Virus record (IMG/VR): IMGVR_UViG_3300033121_000264
Coordinates: 40,686 to 104,685 of that record
Origin: a virus
Lineage: Duplodnaviria; Caudoviricetes
DNA length: 64,000 nucleotides
Strand: one strand, 5' to 3'
Shown here: positions 28,075 to 37,456 of the stretch, in pieces
Layout of the letters: the number at the start of each line of letters is the position of its first letter
Numbering within the stretch: position 1 is the stretch's first letter
The notes under the pieces: model-generated
Seen by the model: the letters and a program-made list of their open reading frames with translations, nothing else
Database searches by the model: none
Told to the model about the DNA's origin: nothing
Translations under genes and position numbers: made by a program

Positions 28075-29193
28075 CTTTTTAGCTTTTAACTCTGGTATAG
28101 TTAAATACTTATCTTTTTTACGTTGGAGACAGAATTTATCGTTGTCGTATAAGAATCTAAGAAATTTTAAGACAGATTCTCGTCTATTAATACAAAATTG
28201 AGTAATATTATTCTGACGTTCAGGATGACGACAATAATAAGTAAAATCTATTTTAAAAGGTAGTCTTACAACCATACCTTCAAAGAACTCTTTAGTTGCT
28301 ACTATCATGACCGTTTTCTTTGGTAAGATGCTACCATCACCATCAAAGAATCCTCTCAAAAAATCTCCTAACAATTCATCGGGTACTTGTTCTTGAGTGG
28401 GGAATTTGAGAGTAAATGTTTTATTTGGCTCGCACCCCAAAGCTATCAAATCTTTAGCAACCTTTTGTCTATTAATGCATAACTCTAATTGTGGTTGTTT
28501 ATTTGGTTGTTTGACGGGTGTTGGCTTAAAATGTAATGGTCCAGTATATTGTATGTCTTCTTTGAACTGTTTAACTATTTCTGAATCTCTCTCCTGTAAG
28601 GACAAGCGTATTTTACCATCTTTTCCAACCGACCCATCAGAATACATCCAACCTAACCAATATGCCTTATCAATAGTATCAATTTTTTCAAAGTATGTCT
28701 CATCTAAAGTAAATGTTGCTCTGTCTCGACATTCAATACCATTTTTATTTAAAATCACCATAATTGAAGTAGAAGTGGAATTATATTCTTTAGCTATTGA
28801 ACATGTACTTTCGCCTTTATTATATTTTTCTAAAATCTCTTTAGTGTGATTTGTTAATTTATCTATTCTACTAGTAGATTTTATATTGGTATTAAAACCG
28901 TTTTTAATCAACCATTTACGTAAATCGCATTTGTTGATTTTTAAATCCTTAGAAATTCTATATATACTTTTGCCAGACTGAAACATTAATTTAATCGCTT
29001 CTTCTAAACCAGTAATTGGAACATAATTTTGAAATTTTTTATTTTTGATTAAAACTTTGCATTCGTCTCTTAAAAACAAATATACTAATGCTCCAGAACA
29101 ATGAAATTCTTTGGCAATATCTGTAGTTTTAATTCCTTCTTCATATTTTTTAATGATTAATTGTTTATTCTTGCGCAGCTCTAACATACTCAT
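28066..29193 (-). CDS. LAGLIDADG homing endonuclease with N-terminal HTH repeats
   Basis: AYWLGWMYSDG and FLRGFFDGDG motifs; three IAKE/ISKD-type HTH repeats. Confidence 0.88.
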   Translation of the reverse strand: MSMLELRKNKQLIIKKYEEGIKTTDIAKEFHCSGALVYLFLRDECKVLIKNKKFQNYVPITGLEEAIKLMFQSGKSIYRISKDLKINKCDLRKWLIKNGFNTNIKSTSRIDKLTNHTKEILEKYNKGESTCSIAKEYNSTSTSIMVILNKNGIECRDRATFTLDETYFEKIDTIDKAYWLGWMYSDGSVGKDGKIRLSLQERDSEIVKQFKEDIQYTGPLHFKPTPVKQPNKQPQLELCINRQKVAKDLIALGCEPNKTFTLKFPTQEQVPDELLGDFLRGFFDGDGSILPKKTVMIVATKEFFEGMVVRLPFKIDFTYYCRHPERQNNITQFCINRRESVLKFLRFLYDNDKFCLQRKKDKYLTIPELKAKKGV

Positions 29194-29217
29194 GGGAAAC
29201 TCCTAGCGACGTAATAT

Positions 29218-29252
29218 AAAAAAACTCGACTATAACCTATATTATAGCCGAG
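29218..29252 (-). terminator. intrinsic terminator after major capsid gene
   Basis: Minus strand CTCGGCTATAA-TATAGG-TTATAGTCGAG then TTTTTTT. Confidence 0.75.
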
Positions 29253-29276
29253 CTTTTCTAATTTGAACCTAAAATA

Positions 29277-30263
29277 TCAGTTCGACCCAATAATAACGCG
29301 CCTTCCGTCTAATACGCCGAAACCATGTTCCATTGTACACCACATACCACTACGACGCATACGTACTTGGTCATCTTCAAATACTTCTAGTTGTGAGGCA
29401 ACTGGACGTACGAAGCTGTCACGATTACGTAAGTCTAAACCAACTACTAATTCTACGTCGCCAGAGGCAAGTGAACCAGATAGAGTGTTGGTGAAGAAGT
29501 CTTGATATTCTTGACCTTCGCCAAGTTCATCAATGTCGTGAAGATTTACATTGAAGATACGATTTACTGCACCATCTGCTGATACGTAAATTTCTCTACG
29601 AGTAACTTCATCAACTTGGTCAATACCCCAGTTACGGATATCTTCCATGTTTTCTGGTGACATGTAAAGGTCCGTTAGGATACCACGGTTTTGTGATGTT
29701 GAGTTACCACCACCGTTACGACGCATAACAATCTTCATAAGAGAAACAAGTCTCTTTGTAAATTGTCCGGCTTGAGCATCACCGTCAAATACTAGAACGT
29801 TTCTATCAACACCAGCTGATAGTAATGTGTGCCAAGCGTCATCGTTAGTTTTCTTAACGATACCGGCTTCCATTACTTGCATAGCACGACGAACGATGTC
29901 CCAACGTGCTTGACGAGCATATTTCTTTAACCAGTCGATTGAATTACCAACTTCAAACACTGGAACTTGTACGTAGTCGCCTTCTACGTTACGATGTGGA
30001 ACAGCACCGGCTTTTGGAATCGTATAGGCAACATAGTCCTTTTCCGTTCCAGGTACAATTAGGTCAAGAGGAAACTCGGCTGTTACACCGTTAGTTACAT
30101 CTACAACCTCGAAAATACCACCAGCAATGTCACCGCTTAGTACAGCTTCACGAAGTGGAGACTGTAAGGCAACAGTAAGTTCTCGCACAGCGGCAAGAGA
30201 CTCAGCGTTGTTATTGCTGCCTGATTTCTTTAAAAGTTGAATCATTAATTCAGTAGGTTGCAT
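29277..30263 (-). CDS. major capsid protein (HK97-fold inferred)
   Basis: 328 aa after protease and decoration genes, strong RBS, followed by terminator; C-terminal EHGFGVLDGRRV. Confidence 0.8.
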   Translation of the reverse strand: MQPTELMIQLLKKSGSNNNAESLAAVRELTVALQSPLREAVLSGDIAGGIFEVVDVTNGVTAEFPLDLIVPGTEKDYVAYTIPKAGAVPHRNVEGDYVQVPVFEVGNSIDWLKKYARQARWDIVRRAMQVMEAGIVKKTNDDAWHTLLSAGVDRNVLVFDGDAQAGQFTKRLVSLMKIVMRRNGGGNSTSQNRGILTDLYMSPENMEDIRNWGIDQVDEVTRREIYVSADGAVNRIFNVNLHDIDELGEGQEYQDFFTNTLSGSLASGDVELVVGLDLRNRDSFVRPVASQLEVFEDDQVRMRRSGMWCTMEHGFGVLDGRRVIIGSN

Positions 30264-30313
30264 TTCGTAACTCCTTATAGTTTTTCTCTAGTTTTTACTT
30301 ATCTAAATTGTTA

Positions 30314-30784
30314 TTATGGAAGGTTAATTTCTACTTTTGCGTATCCATCTTCATCAGCACTTGATAGGAACTGACCGACAGGTGGAGAAGCAGCAGCACC
30401 AGTATTTACGTTCGTAATACGTCCGCCATTGGCTAAGTAAGCTGTATCACCAGCAACTAGCGTTAGACCTGATGCGATTTGGTCTGTTACAACCCAACCA
30501 CGACGTAGAATTTCTACCTTACCACCCTTTTGTACTTCATACTTGTGTTGGTTAAGGTGTTGACGAGTTAGGTCAAGGTTAACCATATCACATAATAGAA
30601 GACCAAGAGGTTTCTTTCCTGATGCGGTTGCAGCATACGTTGCAAGAGCAGCAGATTGGTCAAGTGCAGCACCAGAACCCATAGTTGAGAATGATACTAT
30701 ACCACCACGATTACCTACTTCGTTCATGAAGAACTCAACAGTAGTACCGTTTACACCGAAATTGTAGTCACCTTTAAGAGCCAT
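30314..30784 (-). CDS. putative head decoration/cement protein
   Basis: 156 aa, Gly/Ala-rich (AGDTAYL, VGQFLS); between protease and capsid genes. Confidence 0.65.
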   Translation of the reverse strand: MALKGDYNFGVNGTTVEFFMNEVGNRGGIVSFSTMGSGAALDQSAALATYAATASGKKPLGLLLCDMVNLDLTRQHLNQHKYEVQKGGKVEILRRGWVVTDQIASGLTLVAGDTAYLANGGRITNVNTGAAASPPVGQFLSSADEDGYAKVEINLP

Positions 30785-30803
30785 CGTATATCTCCTTGTT
30801 AAA

Positions 30804-32255
30804 TTACTTCTTCTTATTTTTCTTGTTTAGGGTAAGTTCATTCTTTACGAATTCCATTAATTCAGCTTTAGCCTTTTCTGCTGCTTCTGCCCCTGATGTA
30901 TCTTCTACAACAAGTGGAGCTACTTCATTTGGTTTAGCTGCGTCAATTACTTTTGCGGCTGCGGTTGCGGCTTCTTCTTCTGTCTTTACTGGTTCTTCAA
31001 CCTTTTCGGCAGGTTTTACGAAAGCTACAATCGTATCGAATTGTTCATCATTAAGATTTTCAAACTTAACCACAGTTGCTTCGGCTTCTTCTTTAGCTAA
31101 GCCCTTTTCTACAAGTTTAGCAACTCTATTAGCTTTTAGTTCAGCAGCCTTAATTTCTGCTAGCGTCTTTTCAGTAACTACAAGCTTATCACTTAATTCT
31201 TTTAGTTTTACATTACCTTCTTCGACAGCGGCAGCAACTTTGCCTTCTGTTTCGGTAACTTTTGCTGTTAAGCTAACAACTTCATCATTCTTAGCCTTTA
31301 GATTAGCTTCAAGAGTTCCTACTTTTTCAAGCAAGCCACCCTTATCTTTTTCTAAAGCTTCAATCTTTGATTTGTATTCAGCGATTAAAGCATTCTCAGC
31401 GTTATCATTCTTGTTTTCGTTTGCCATTGCTGTCTCCATTAATTCTTGGACTTGAGAGTTTTGTTCCTCTCTAAAAGATAATACACCATTAAAAATAATA
31501 CTTTGTGGATTTGCTGGTTGATTTACTAAACCTAAACCAGAAAATGACAAATTCTTAGGCACTCTACCAACCTTATAATTGTTGATAAGACCCGTTCCAC
31601 CATATACTCTTAAATGTTTTGTTAATACAGAAGTTGCTTCTGTGCGCTCTAAAATACTGACTTTTCCATCAGAATCTTGGATAGCATAATCGAAACCTCT
31701 GAATCTACATTCCATAGAAACATACCATTTCATATCTTCTTCCTTTTCGGAAGCCAAAGCAGTTTCAATATCCAAAATTAATCCGTCAATTCTTTTTTGT
31801 TGTTCTTCATTTTCCCAATCTTTATAGATTACTGATGAAGCAATAATATGAAATTGGTCAGGTAAATCTTCTTCTTTAGTATCATCTGCTAATACATTAC
31901 CTTGAGCATCAATTACATAACTTCCAACTATATGACCAAGAATATCTAACTCTTTATGCATAAAGTTAAAAGGTTTATCTTCTGGAGTTTTTCTAGCGGC
32001 CCAAACACGATTTCTTAGAAAAACATCGTCATTTAGGTTCCACCCAACACTGACCATTAAAGAATGAACATCATATAGTTCTTTATCGCCCAAAGAAGCA
32101 ATTGCCTTTTCTAAATTTAATTTAGCAAGCAATTTTTCTTTTTGGTAGCCACGACATAATGGAGCATGAGCCTTAATACACGCATTTGCGGGATTTAATA
32201 GAATTTCTTCTAATCCAGCGTCACGTTCGGCTTGAAATATTACGAAATTATCCAT
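30804..32255 (-). CDS. prohead protease fused to scaffold
   Basis: NLNDDVF, PFNFMH, VSMEC, FSGLGLVNQPA protease-type motifs; Ala/Glu/Lys coiled-coil C-terminus. Confidence 0.75.
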   Translation of the reverse strand: MDNFVIFQAERDAGLEEILLNPANACIKAHAPLCRGYQKEKLLAKLNLEKAIASLGDKELYDVHSLMVSVGWNLNDDVFLRNRVWAARKTPEDKPFNFMHKELDILGHIVGSYVIDAQGNVLADDTKEEDLPDQFHIIASSVIYKDWENEEQQKRIDGLILDIETALASEKEEDMKWYVSMECRFRGFDYAIQDSDGKVSILERTEATSVLTKHLRVYGGTGLINNYKVGRVPKNLSFSGLGLVNQPANPQSIIFNGVLSFREEQNSQVQELMETAMANENKNDNAENALIAEYKSKIEALEKDKGGLLEKVGTLEANLKAKNDEVVSLTAKVTETEGKVAAAVEEGNVKLKELSDKLVVTEKTLAEIKAAELKANRVAKLVEKGLAKEEAEATVVKFENLNDEQFDTIVAFVKPAEKVEEPVKTEEEAATAAAKVIDAAKPNEVAPLVVEDTSGAEAAEKAKAELMEFVKNELTLNKKNKKK

Positions 32256-32568
32256 TTCTTAACCATTTCTGAATTTGTTTGTGGATATCACTTTCAGTAG
32301 ATTTAGCAACGAAACCTTCAATCTTACTAGCTGTAATTTTACCAGCTTCGGCCATTTCTGATTCTTCACATTCGCATTCTAGGGCGTATTCTGTATAAGT
32401 ACGAATACCATTATCTTCTTTACATGTGCCTAAACGAACTGAGTATTCATCATCTTCATTCCAAGACTGATAAATTTCAACTCTACTAATATCCGTCAAC
32501 TTTGTTCCATTTAAAGATACATCAAATGTTTTTGCGTCTGTATCTACATTAATTGTCATCTTGGGCAT
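32248..32568 (-). CDS. hypothetical protein
   Basis: 106 aa between portal and protease. Confidence 0.6.
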   Translation of the reverse strand: MPKMTINVDTDAKTFDVSLNGTKLTDISRVEIYQSWNEDDEYSVRLGTCKEDNGIRTYTEYALECECEESEMAEAGKITASKIEGFVAKSTESDIHKQIQKWLRNG

Positions 32569-34696
32569 TGTTTAGTTCTCCATTAAAATACATTCCGTAA
32601 GAATAAGTACGAATTTCACGGCTTTCATCTATAGTTGGTTGCTTTTGATGACGATTGACGTAATCTGCAACTAATTGATTATACACCGCATTGATTGGAT
32701 TTTCTTTATTTGCAACTAACGTCTGGGTTAGAGTATCATCATCTAATTTAGAAAATGGTTCTAATCCAGCTAATACATCAAATTTAATTTTTTCGATTGA
32801 GTTTAATTGTGTGTCGCTTAATGAGCGTGCATTAGATTTTCCATACATGGCTAGCATTTTAGGTAATACAAAAGCCGAGATGGAATCCTGTGCTTGTTTT
32901 GCCCACATAACCGTTTCTACTAGTTCTGCTTTAGAACGTGGTTTAACTGTTTTAGTCTTACGTTTTCCAGCATCTTTTTTACCTACGGGTCTACCTTGTC
33001 CAGGTTTTCCTTTGGCTTTTTTAGCATCATTCGCGCCTTTTATATCCATAGGCGTTTTTTCGCCTGGTTTTCGGTCTTTAAGTGGAATACCTACTTCGCT
33101 TGGCGCTACAGAACCGTGTTGAACAAACATTTTAGTAAGTTCTTCTTTGTTTTGTGGATTATGATAAGGACCGGCCTTAGCAGGAATTTCTTCTTTACTA
33201 CGTTTATCTTCCTCTCTCTTAATTCTTGCTGATTCAATATCACTGATTTCTCCAAATCTATCGCGTACAGTTTGTTCGCTAATAATTTGTCTATCCACCA
33301 AACCAAGTAATAGATTTTTCTCAGCAGCTTCATCTGAAAGTGTCATTCTATCGAAGATAACTTGAGGAGGTTCTCTAAGCCCCAAAGCCTTTTGTAATAA
33401 TCTCATTTGAGTATTCCAAAATGTTACAAGTACGCTGCGACCATACTCTAACCGCTCAGTGAGAGTTTTTAGAGAAATATAGTTATTTGTAAATCCGGAT
33501 GCAGTAGCACTTCCTGTTAGGGTTGGAGGAATACCAAGACCGGCATAGATTCTATTAAGAGTAGGAGCATATTTTGCTTCTCCTAAGAATTTACTAATAT
33601 CAGATGATGATTCTTTAAAGTCTAGAGTGGCGTCCCAGATAAGGTCATAAGCACCACCACCAACATTATTTGAAATGATTTCGCTTAACTTAGCTACGGC
33701 AGCAGGAGTTGGCATAATTTTATTATCTAAATCTCCAAGTCTCCATAGTCTGACGCTAGAAATAGCTCCATCGCAAGCCGCTAAGTCAGTAAGTTTTAAC
33801 TTTTCCAACATCATTACGTCATCTAAAATGGCGTAAATCATAGGCTTTGGAAACTGTTCCCAGTCGTCTTTCTTATAGAAATATGCGGCGAAATTGTCAT
33901 CTAGAGGCATTGGTTTATTAGATTTTGCGGCCTTGATAACTTCGGGTGGTAATGAGGAAACTACCTTTGCTTCTTCTTGAGTAGAAGGATTAATAATTTT
34001 CTTTTTAATAGTATCAGGAATTACTAATCCATATTGCACTTTAGAACTACCAAATAGAGTCATTTCACCACCAATAACTTCAATTGTATTAGGATGAAGG
34101 AAGGTATAATTCCAAGGTATTTCGCTTACAGGTCTAGAACTATCAATTAGAATTTCTTTTGGGTCAATAAACGTTTGAAGATTTTTGATGTCAATATTAT
34201 TTACTGTTGCATAATTAGTCATAACTCCAACAGTACCAAGACGATATAGAATATTTAAAAAGCGTTCTGAACGTTCACGAAGACGTACTTTGTCAGCCCA
34301 CTTCTCAAATACTTTTTGAGCCTTATCATCTTTGTGTACAATCTTAATGCCCTGACAAGCAAAGTCGCCCATAAGGTCAATAACGTTCTTGATAAGCCCA
34401 ACTCTATAATAGGCCGAATCGCAAGTTGTAGTAATCTCACGACGTTTCTTAGGAGTAGCTTCTTCGGGACGGAAGTATTCATAACTATCGCGCGTAAATG
34501 TAGGACGAACATTAATATTCGTGTCTACGTTTTTATAGCCTGGAAATCCTCTGTCAGCTTTACTTCTTTGCCTTCCGGCACTCTCTGATACTTGATATAA
34601 AGCTAAATCCTGCATAGCTTTAACTCGTTCTGAGTCATTTGACCAAGTTACGAACATTGGGTCAGGCTTTGCTGCGTTGGTTACTTCTTTAGTCAT
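32549..34696 (-). CDS. portal protein
   Basis: 715 aa after TerL; IKNVIDLMGDF, IYAGLGIP, basic C-terminal GRP tail. Confidence 0.8.
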   Translation of the reverse strand: MTKEVTNAAKPDPMFVTWSNDSERVKAMQDLALYQVSESAGRQRSKADRGFPGYKNVDTNINVRPTFTRDSYEYFRPEEATPKKRREITTTCDSAYYRVGLIKNVIDLMGDFACQGIKIVHKDDKAQKVFEKWADKVRLRERSERFLNILYRLGTVGVMTNYATVNNIDIKNLQTFIDPKEILIDSSRPVSEIPWNYTFLHPNTIEVIGGEMTLFGSSKVQYGLVIPDTIKKKIINPSTQEEAKVVSSLPPEVIKAAKSNKPMPLDDNFAAYFYKKDDWEQFPKPMIYAILDDVMMLEKLKLTDLAACDGAISSVRLWRLGDLDNKIMPTPAAVAKLSEIISNNVGGGAYDLIWDATLDFKESSSDISKFLGEAKYAPTLNRIYAGLGIPPTLTGSATASGFTNNYISLKTLTERLEYGRSVLVTFWNTQMRLLQKALGLREPPQVIFDRMTLSDEAAEKNLLLGLVDRQIISEQTVRDRFGEISDIESARIKREEDKRSKEEIPAKAGPYHNPQNKEELTKMFVQHGSVAPSEVGIPLKDRKPGEKTPMDIKGANDAKKAKGKPGQGRPVGKKDAGKRKTKTVKPRSKAELVETVMWAKQAQDSISAFVLPKMLAMYGKSNARSLSDTQLNSIEKIKFDVLAGLEPFSKLDDDTLTQTLVANKENPINAVYNQLVADYVNRHQKQPTIDESREIRTYSYGMYFNGELNNAQDDN
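32678..32687 (-). promoter_or_regulatory. putative late promoter GGTGTATAAT (inside portal 3' end)
   Basis: Exact motif about 110 bp upstream of 32568 start. Confidence 0.55.
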
Positions 34697-34734
34697 GTTA
34701 TTTCCTAATTGGGAATATAATTTGAATTCATATT

Positions 34735-34744
34735 ATTATACACC
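34735..34744 (-). promoter_or_regulatory. putative late promoter GGTGTATAAT
   Basis: Exact motif; forms last codons of TerL, about 40 bp upstream of portal. Confidence 0.65.
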
Positions 34745-36724
34745 ACGCATAGGGTCTGTGTACCAAGCTGGACCAGTCATCAATGGACCTGAGATATTAT
34801 TATTGCTAAAACGTCCTGCAAAACCGCCTACAGCATTGTATTCTGGAGCAGATTTAACCATAGATAATAGACGAGCCACAGCGTTACCCATAAGTAAGGA
34901 TGAATAACGGTCTTTACGTTGACGCCCCTTTTTACCCCCTGCCAACTTAATTTCCGGTGTATCCCATTTATCACGACCATTTGGGGTTTGAGTATGCACT
35001 ATAGAGGCTAACTCGTCTTTTAGTTCTTCGATTTCTAATACGCAGTCTTCTAATGTATTAGTAGTACGCCCAGTTCGTTTATCTTCCTCAAAGGCTAACC
35101 CGATGGTAATAGTATCAAAAGCCGGGAACAATAATGTACGGTCTTGGAAATCTTTTTGCATACCGTAGTTAGATTGATTAGTCCATTCTGCATTTGCGAA
35201 TTGTATAGGGTGAAGAATATGTAAACCAGGCAGATTATCCGTATCCTTTTCCTTATCTTCTTCTATTACGGGATATAGTGGACGTTCAAATTCGTGTACT
35301 ACGTGTTTATTACTTTGGAGGGCTTCCATAATTGCGTAACCGCCACCCTGGGTATCAATAGCAATAGCTTCACATGGAAAGTCTATCATCAAGTCCCTAA
35401 TTTTTCGGGCGCAGAAACCATAATAGTCATCTTCCTTGGCTTGGCCCGTTTTAAATAGATTCTTATAATGTGTTTTATTGGTAGTCCATAAATAGACAAT
35501 ACGCCTATGGTCTGGATGCATTTCTAATATAACAATACTAAAATTGTCATCAGCGAAGGCAGGGTCAATACCAAATACATACTTCCTATCCTTTCGGCCT
35601 TTTAATTGGGCCGTGAAGTAAACATCGCCGGAATTTAATCTAATAGGTTCATCATCTTTGCATACGCACAATTCTATTACAGAACGTTTATAGAATCCAT
35701 TACTATCAGTTGCAAATACAGCCCCATATTCCATTCCATAAATACTACTATGAATAGTAGCTTTGGCTCTATCTACTTGCGTAGCATCCATAAAGCCTTC
35801 TGGAATTAATTCATATGGAATTCTAATTACACTAAACTGATTATGTTTGAATCCTTCTGGAACACCCTCTGGAAATATTTCTTCTAATTTTCTCTTATCA
35901 CCCCTACTTAAAATAATCTGCTTATATTGCATCCAGTATGTATAGAAATGATTAAATGCATAGTAAGCCGTACCGGAAATAATAAGTTGGTTTTGTTCTT
36001 TCTTTTGTGTTGGAATCATAATACCAACATGTTTCATAGCTTTTTCGTAAGCGATACGTTTGACATTTTCAATTGGATTTTGAGATACTACACCGAAACC
36101 AACGATAACGTTTTCAAAGATAAGTCTACTCAAAGATGCAAACTCGTCGCAAATCGTAACGTTAGCACGCAAACCTCTAATCTTTTGCCCATCGCCAATT
36201 GGAATAGCGGTAATACTACTATCACCCAAAACTAAAGTACATTTGTCCGGTTCTGTGTGTGGGCCTTGTCTACTGTCATTTCCACAGATGTCTCTAAGAA
36301 TTTCAGAGTCACGCCAAATCTTAGTCATATACTCGAATAGAAATTTAGATTGACGGAAAGCCGCACCAACAATTACTACTTTAGAGCCTGGTATTAATAA
36401 AGCCCGAAGAATGGCGTAAACGGCTAGTAAGAATGATTTACCCAAACCACGACTACCTATAAGCATAGGGAATGGATGAGTCCACATATCATATAGAATT
36501 GCAGATTGGAATGGTGCTAATTCTACGCCGAGAAAATATTTCGTAACGAACCCAAGATATTCTGGCGACAGGATTGTATCAAACAAACCAGTGGGAATAC
36601 CTGTGTCTCTATCAATAACACTATCTTTGAATGGGCCAGAAACATCGTATTTTGTAATGTCGCCCAGGTTAAGGTATGCATATTCTGCTAACTCCTGTCT
36701 ACTTCCCTTTAGAAATCTCGTCAT
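34736..36724 (-). CDS. terL: terminase large subunit
   Basis: Walker A GSRGLGKS, IRGLRA, Walker B ICDEF, RNase H-like GIDPA, KDRYSS. Confidence 0.92.
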   Translation of the reverse strand: MTRFLKGSRQELAEYAYLNLGDITKYDVSGPFKDSVIDRDTGIPTGLFDTILSPEYLGFVTKYFLGVELAPFQSAILYDMWTHPFPMLIGSRGLGKSFLLAVYAILRALLIPGSKVVIVGAAFRQSKFLFEYMTKIWRDSEILRDICGNDSRQGPHTEPDKCTLVLGDSSITAIPIGDGQKIRGLRANVTICDEFASLSRLIFENVIVGFGVVSQNPIENVKRIAYEKAMKHVGIMIPTQKKEQNQLIISGTAYYAFNHFYTYWMQYKQIILSRGDKRKLEEIFPEGVPEGFKHNQFSVIRIPYELIPEGFMDATQVDRAKATIHSSIYGMEYGAVFATDSNGFYKRSVIELCVCKDDEPIRLNSGDVYFTAQLKGRKDRKYVFGIDPAFADDNFSIVILEMHPDHRRIVYLWTTNKTHYKNLFKTGQAKEDDYYGFCARKIRDLMIDFPCEAIAIDTQGGGYAIMEALQSNKHVVHEFERPLYPVIEEDKEKDTDNLPGLHILHPIQFANAEWTNQSNYGMQKDFQDRTLLFPAFDTITIGLAFEEDKRTGRTTNTLEDCVLEIEELKDELASIVHTQTPNGRDKWDTPEIKLAGGKKGRQRKDRYSSLLMGNAVARLLSMVKSAPEYNAVGGFAGRFSNNNISGPLMTGPAWYTDPMRGV

Positions 36725-37211
36725 AAACCCTCTTAAAAATTGAATCTACCATTTCCCATGCGTTATGTTGATTGCCTGCCCATATTATATTCAAGTTATA
36801 CTTTAATTGGATTTCTGCTAATTTCTTACGTAATACTTTTCCTTTCATCTCAATCTTATACCACATGCTCTTTGGTATATTAGAATTGACCGGAAACATC
36901 ATTACATCTTCAAAAGAACACTCAGCAACCATAAAGGCGTGCTTAAATTCTTTAAAACGTTCCAAAAACTTAGGAAAACGTGATTCGCTAATGTTAGTTG
37001 CTATTTCTGCCACGCTGGCTTTACGCTCAATACGCAAAATTGATTCAGCCCCTTTAATAGTATAATCACCTGTTTTTAGGGCATCTTCTATGGTTCCATT
37101 ACATCTATCACTAGGCTCCCAGAACCAACCATGATTCTTTTGTTCTCTAGTATCACGAATTACTGTAAACCTTTTTGTATTCTCAACAATTTTATTATCA
37201 TCGGGCCACAT
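36699..37211 (-). CDS. ERCC4-domain (XPF/Mus81-like) nuclease
   Basis: DTREQ, TGDY and IERK motifs. Confidence 0.82.
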   Translation of the reverse strand: MWPDDNKIVENTKRFTVIRDTREQKNHGWFWEPSDRCNGTIEDALKTGDYTIKGAESILRIERKASVAEIATNISESRFPKFLERFKEFKHAFMVAECSFEDVMMFPVNSNIPKSMWYKIEMKGKVLRKKLAEIQLKYNLNIIWAGNQHNAWEMVDSIFKRVYDEISKGK

Positions 37212-37456
37212 AATATCTCAATGAACATCTGTTCAAACTGTTCTTCTTTACCGTAAATTTTACCATGACATCTTTTACACAGTGTGATGCCATTATCTAT
37301 AACTAACTCTAATTCCGGGCTACTTGCAAATTTTTTAATATGATGCACTTGTAACTTCTTTTTATTTCTACAACCTGGGTACTTACATTTATTACCATCG
37401 CGTTTTAAAACAGCATCTCGAAACTTTTTATAAAGGTCGTTATACTGACGTTCCAT
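37160..37456 (-). CDS. HNH endonuclease (packaging-associated position)
   Basis: VLKRDGNKC...QVHHI...NGITLCKRCH. Confidence 0.88.
   Translation of the reverse strand: MERQYNDLYKKFRDAVLKRDGNKCKYPGCRNKKKLQVHHIKKFASSPELELVIDNGITLCKRCHGKIYGKEEQFEQMFIEILCGPMIIKLLRIQKGLQ

Noticed and set aside
30796-31455. 219-aa plus-strand ORF, and similar antisense ORFs within structural genes
   Set aside because: Shadow frames of Ala/Glu/Lys-rich minus-strand genes; no RBS or motifs
34736-36724. Intein or intron in terminase
   Set aside because: ATPase and nuclease motifs are contiguous at normal spacing; no C...HN splice motifs seen
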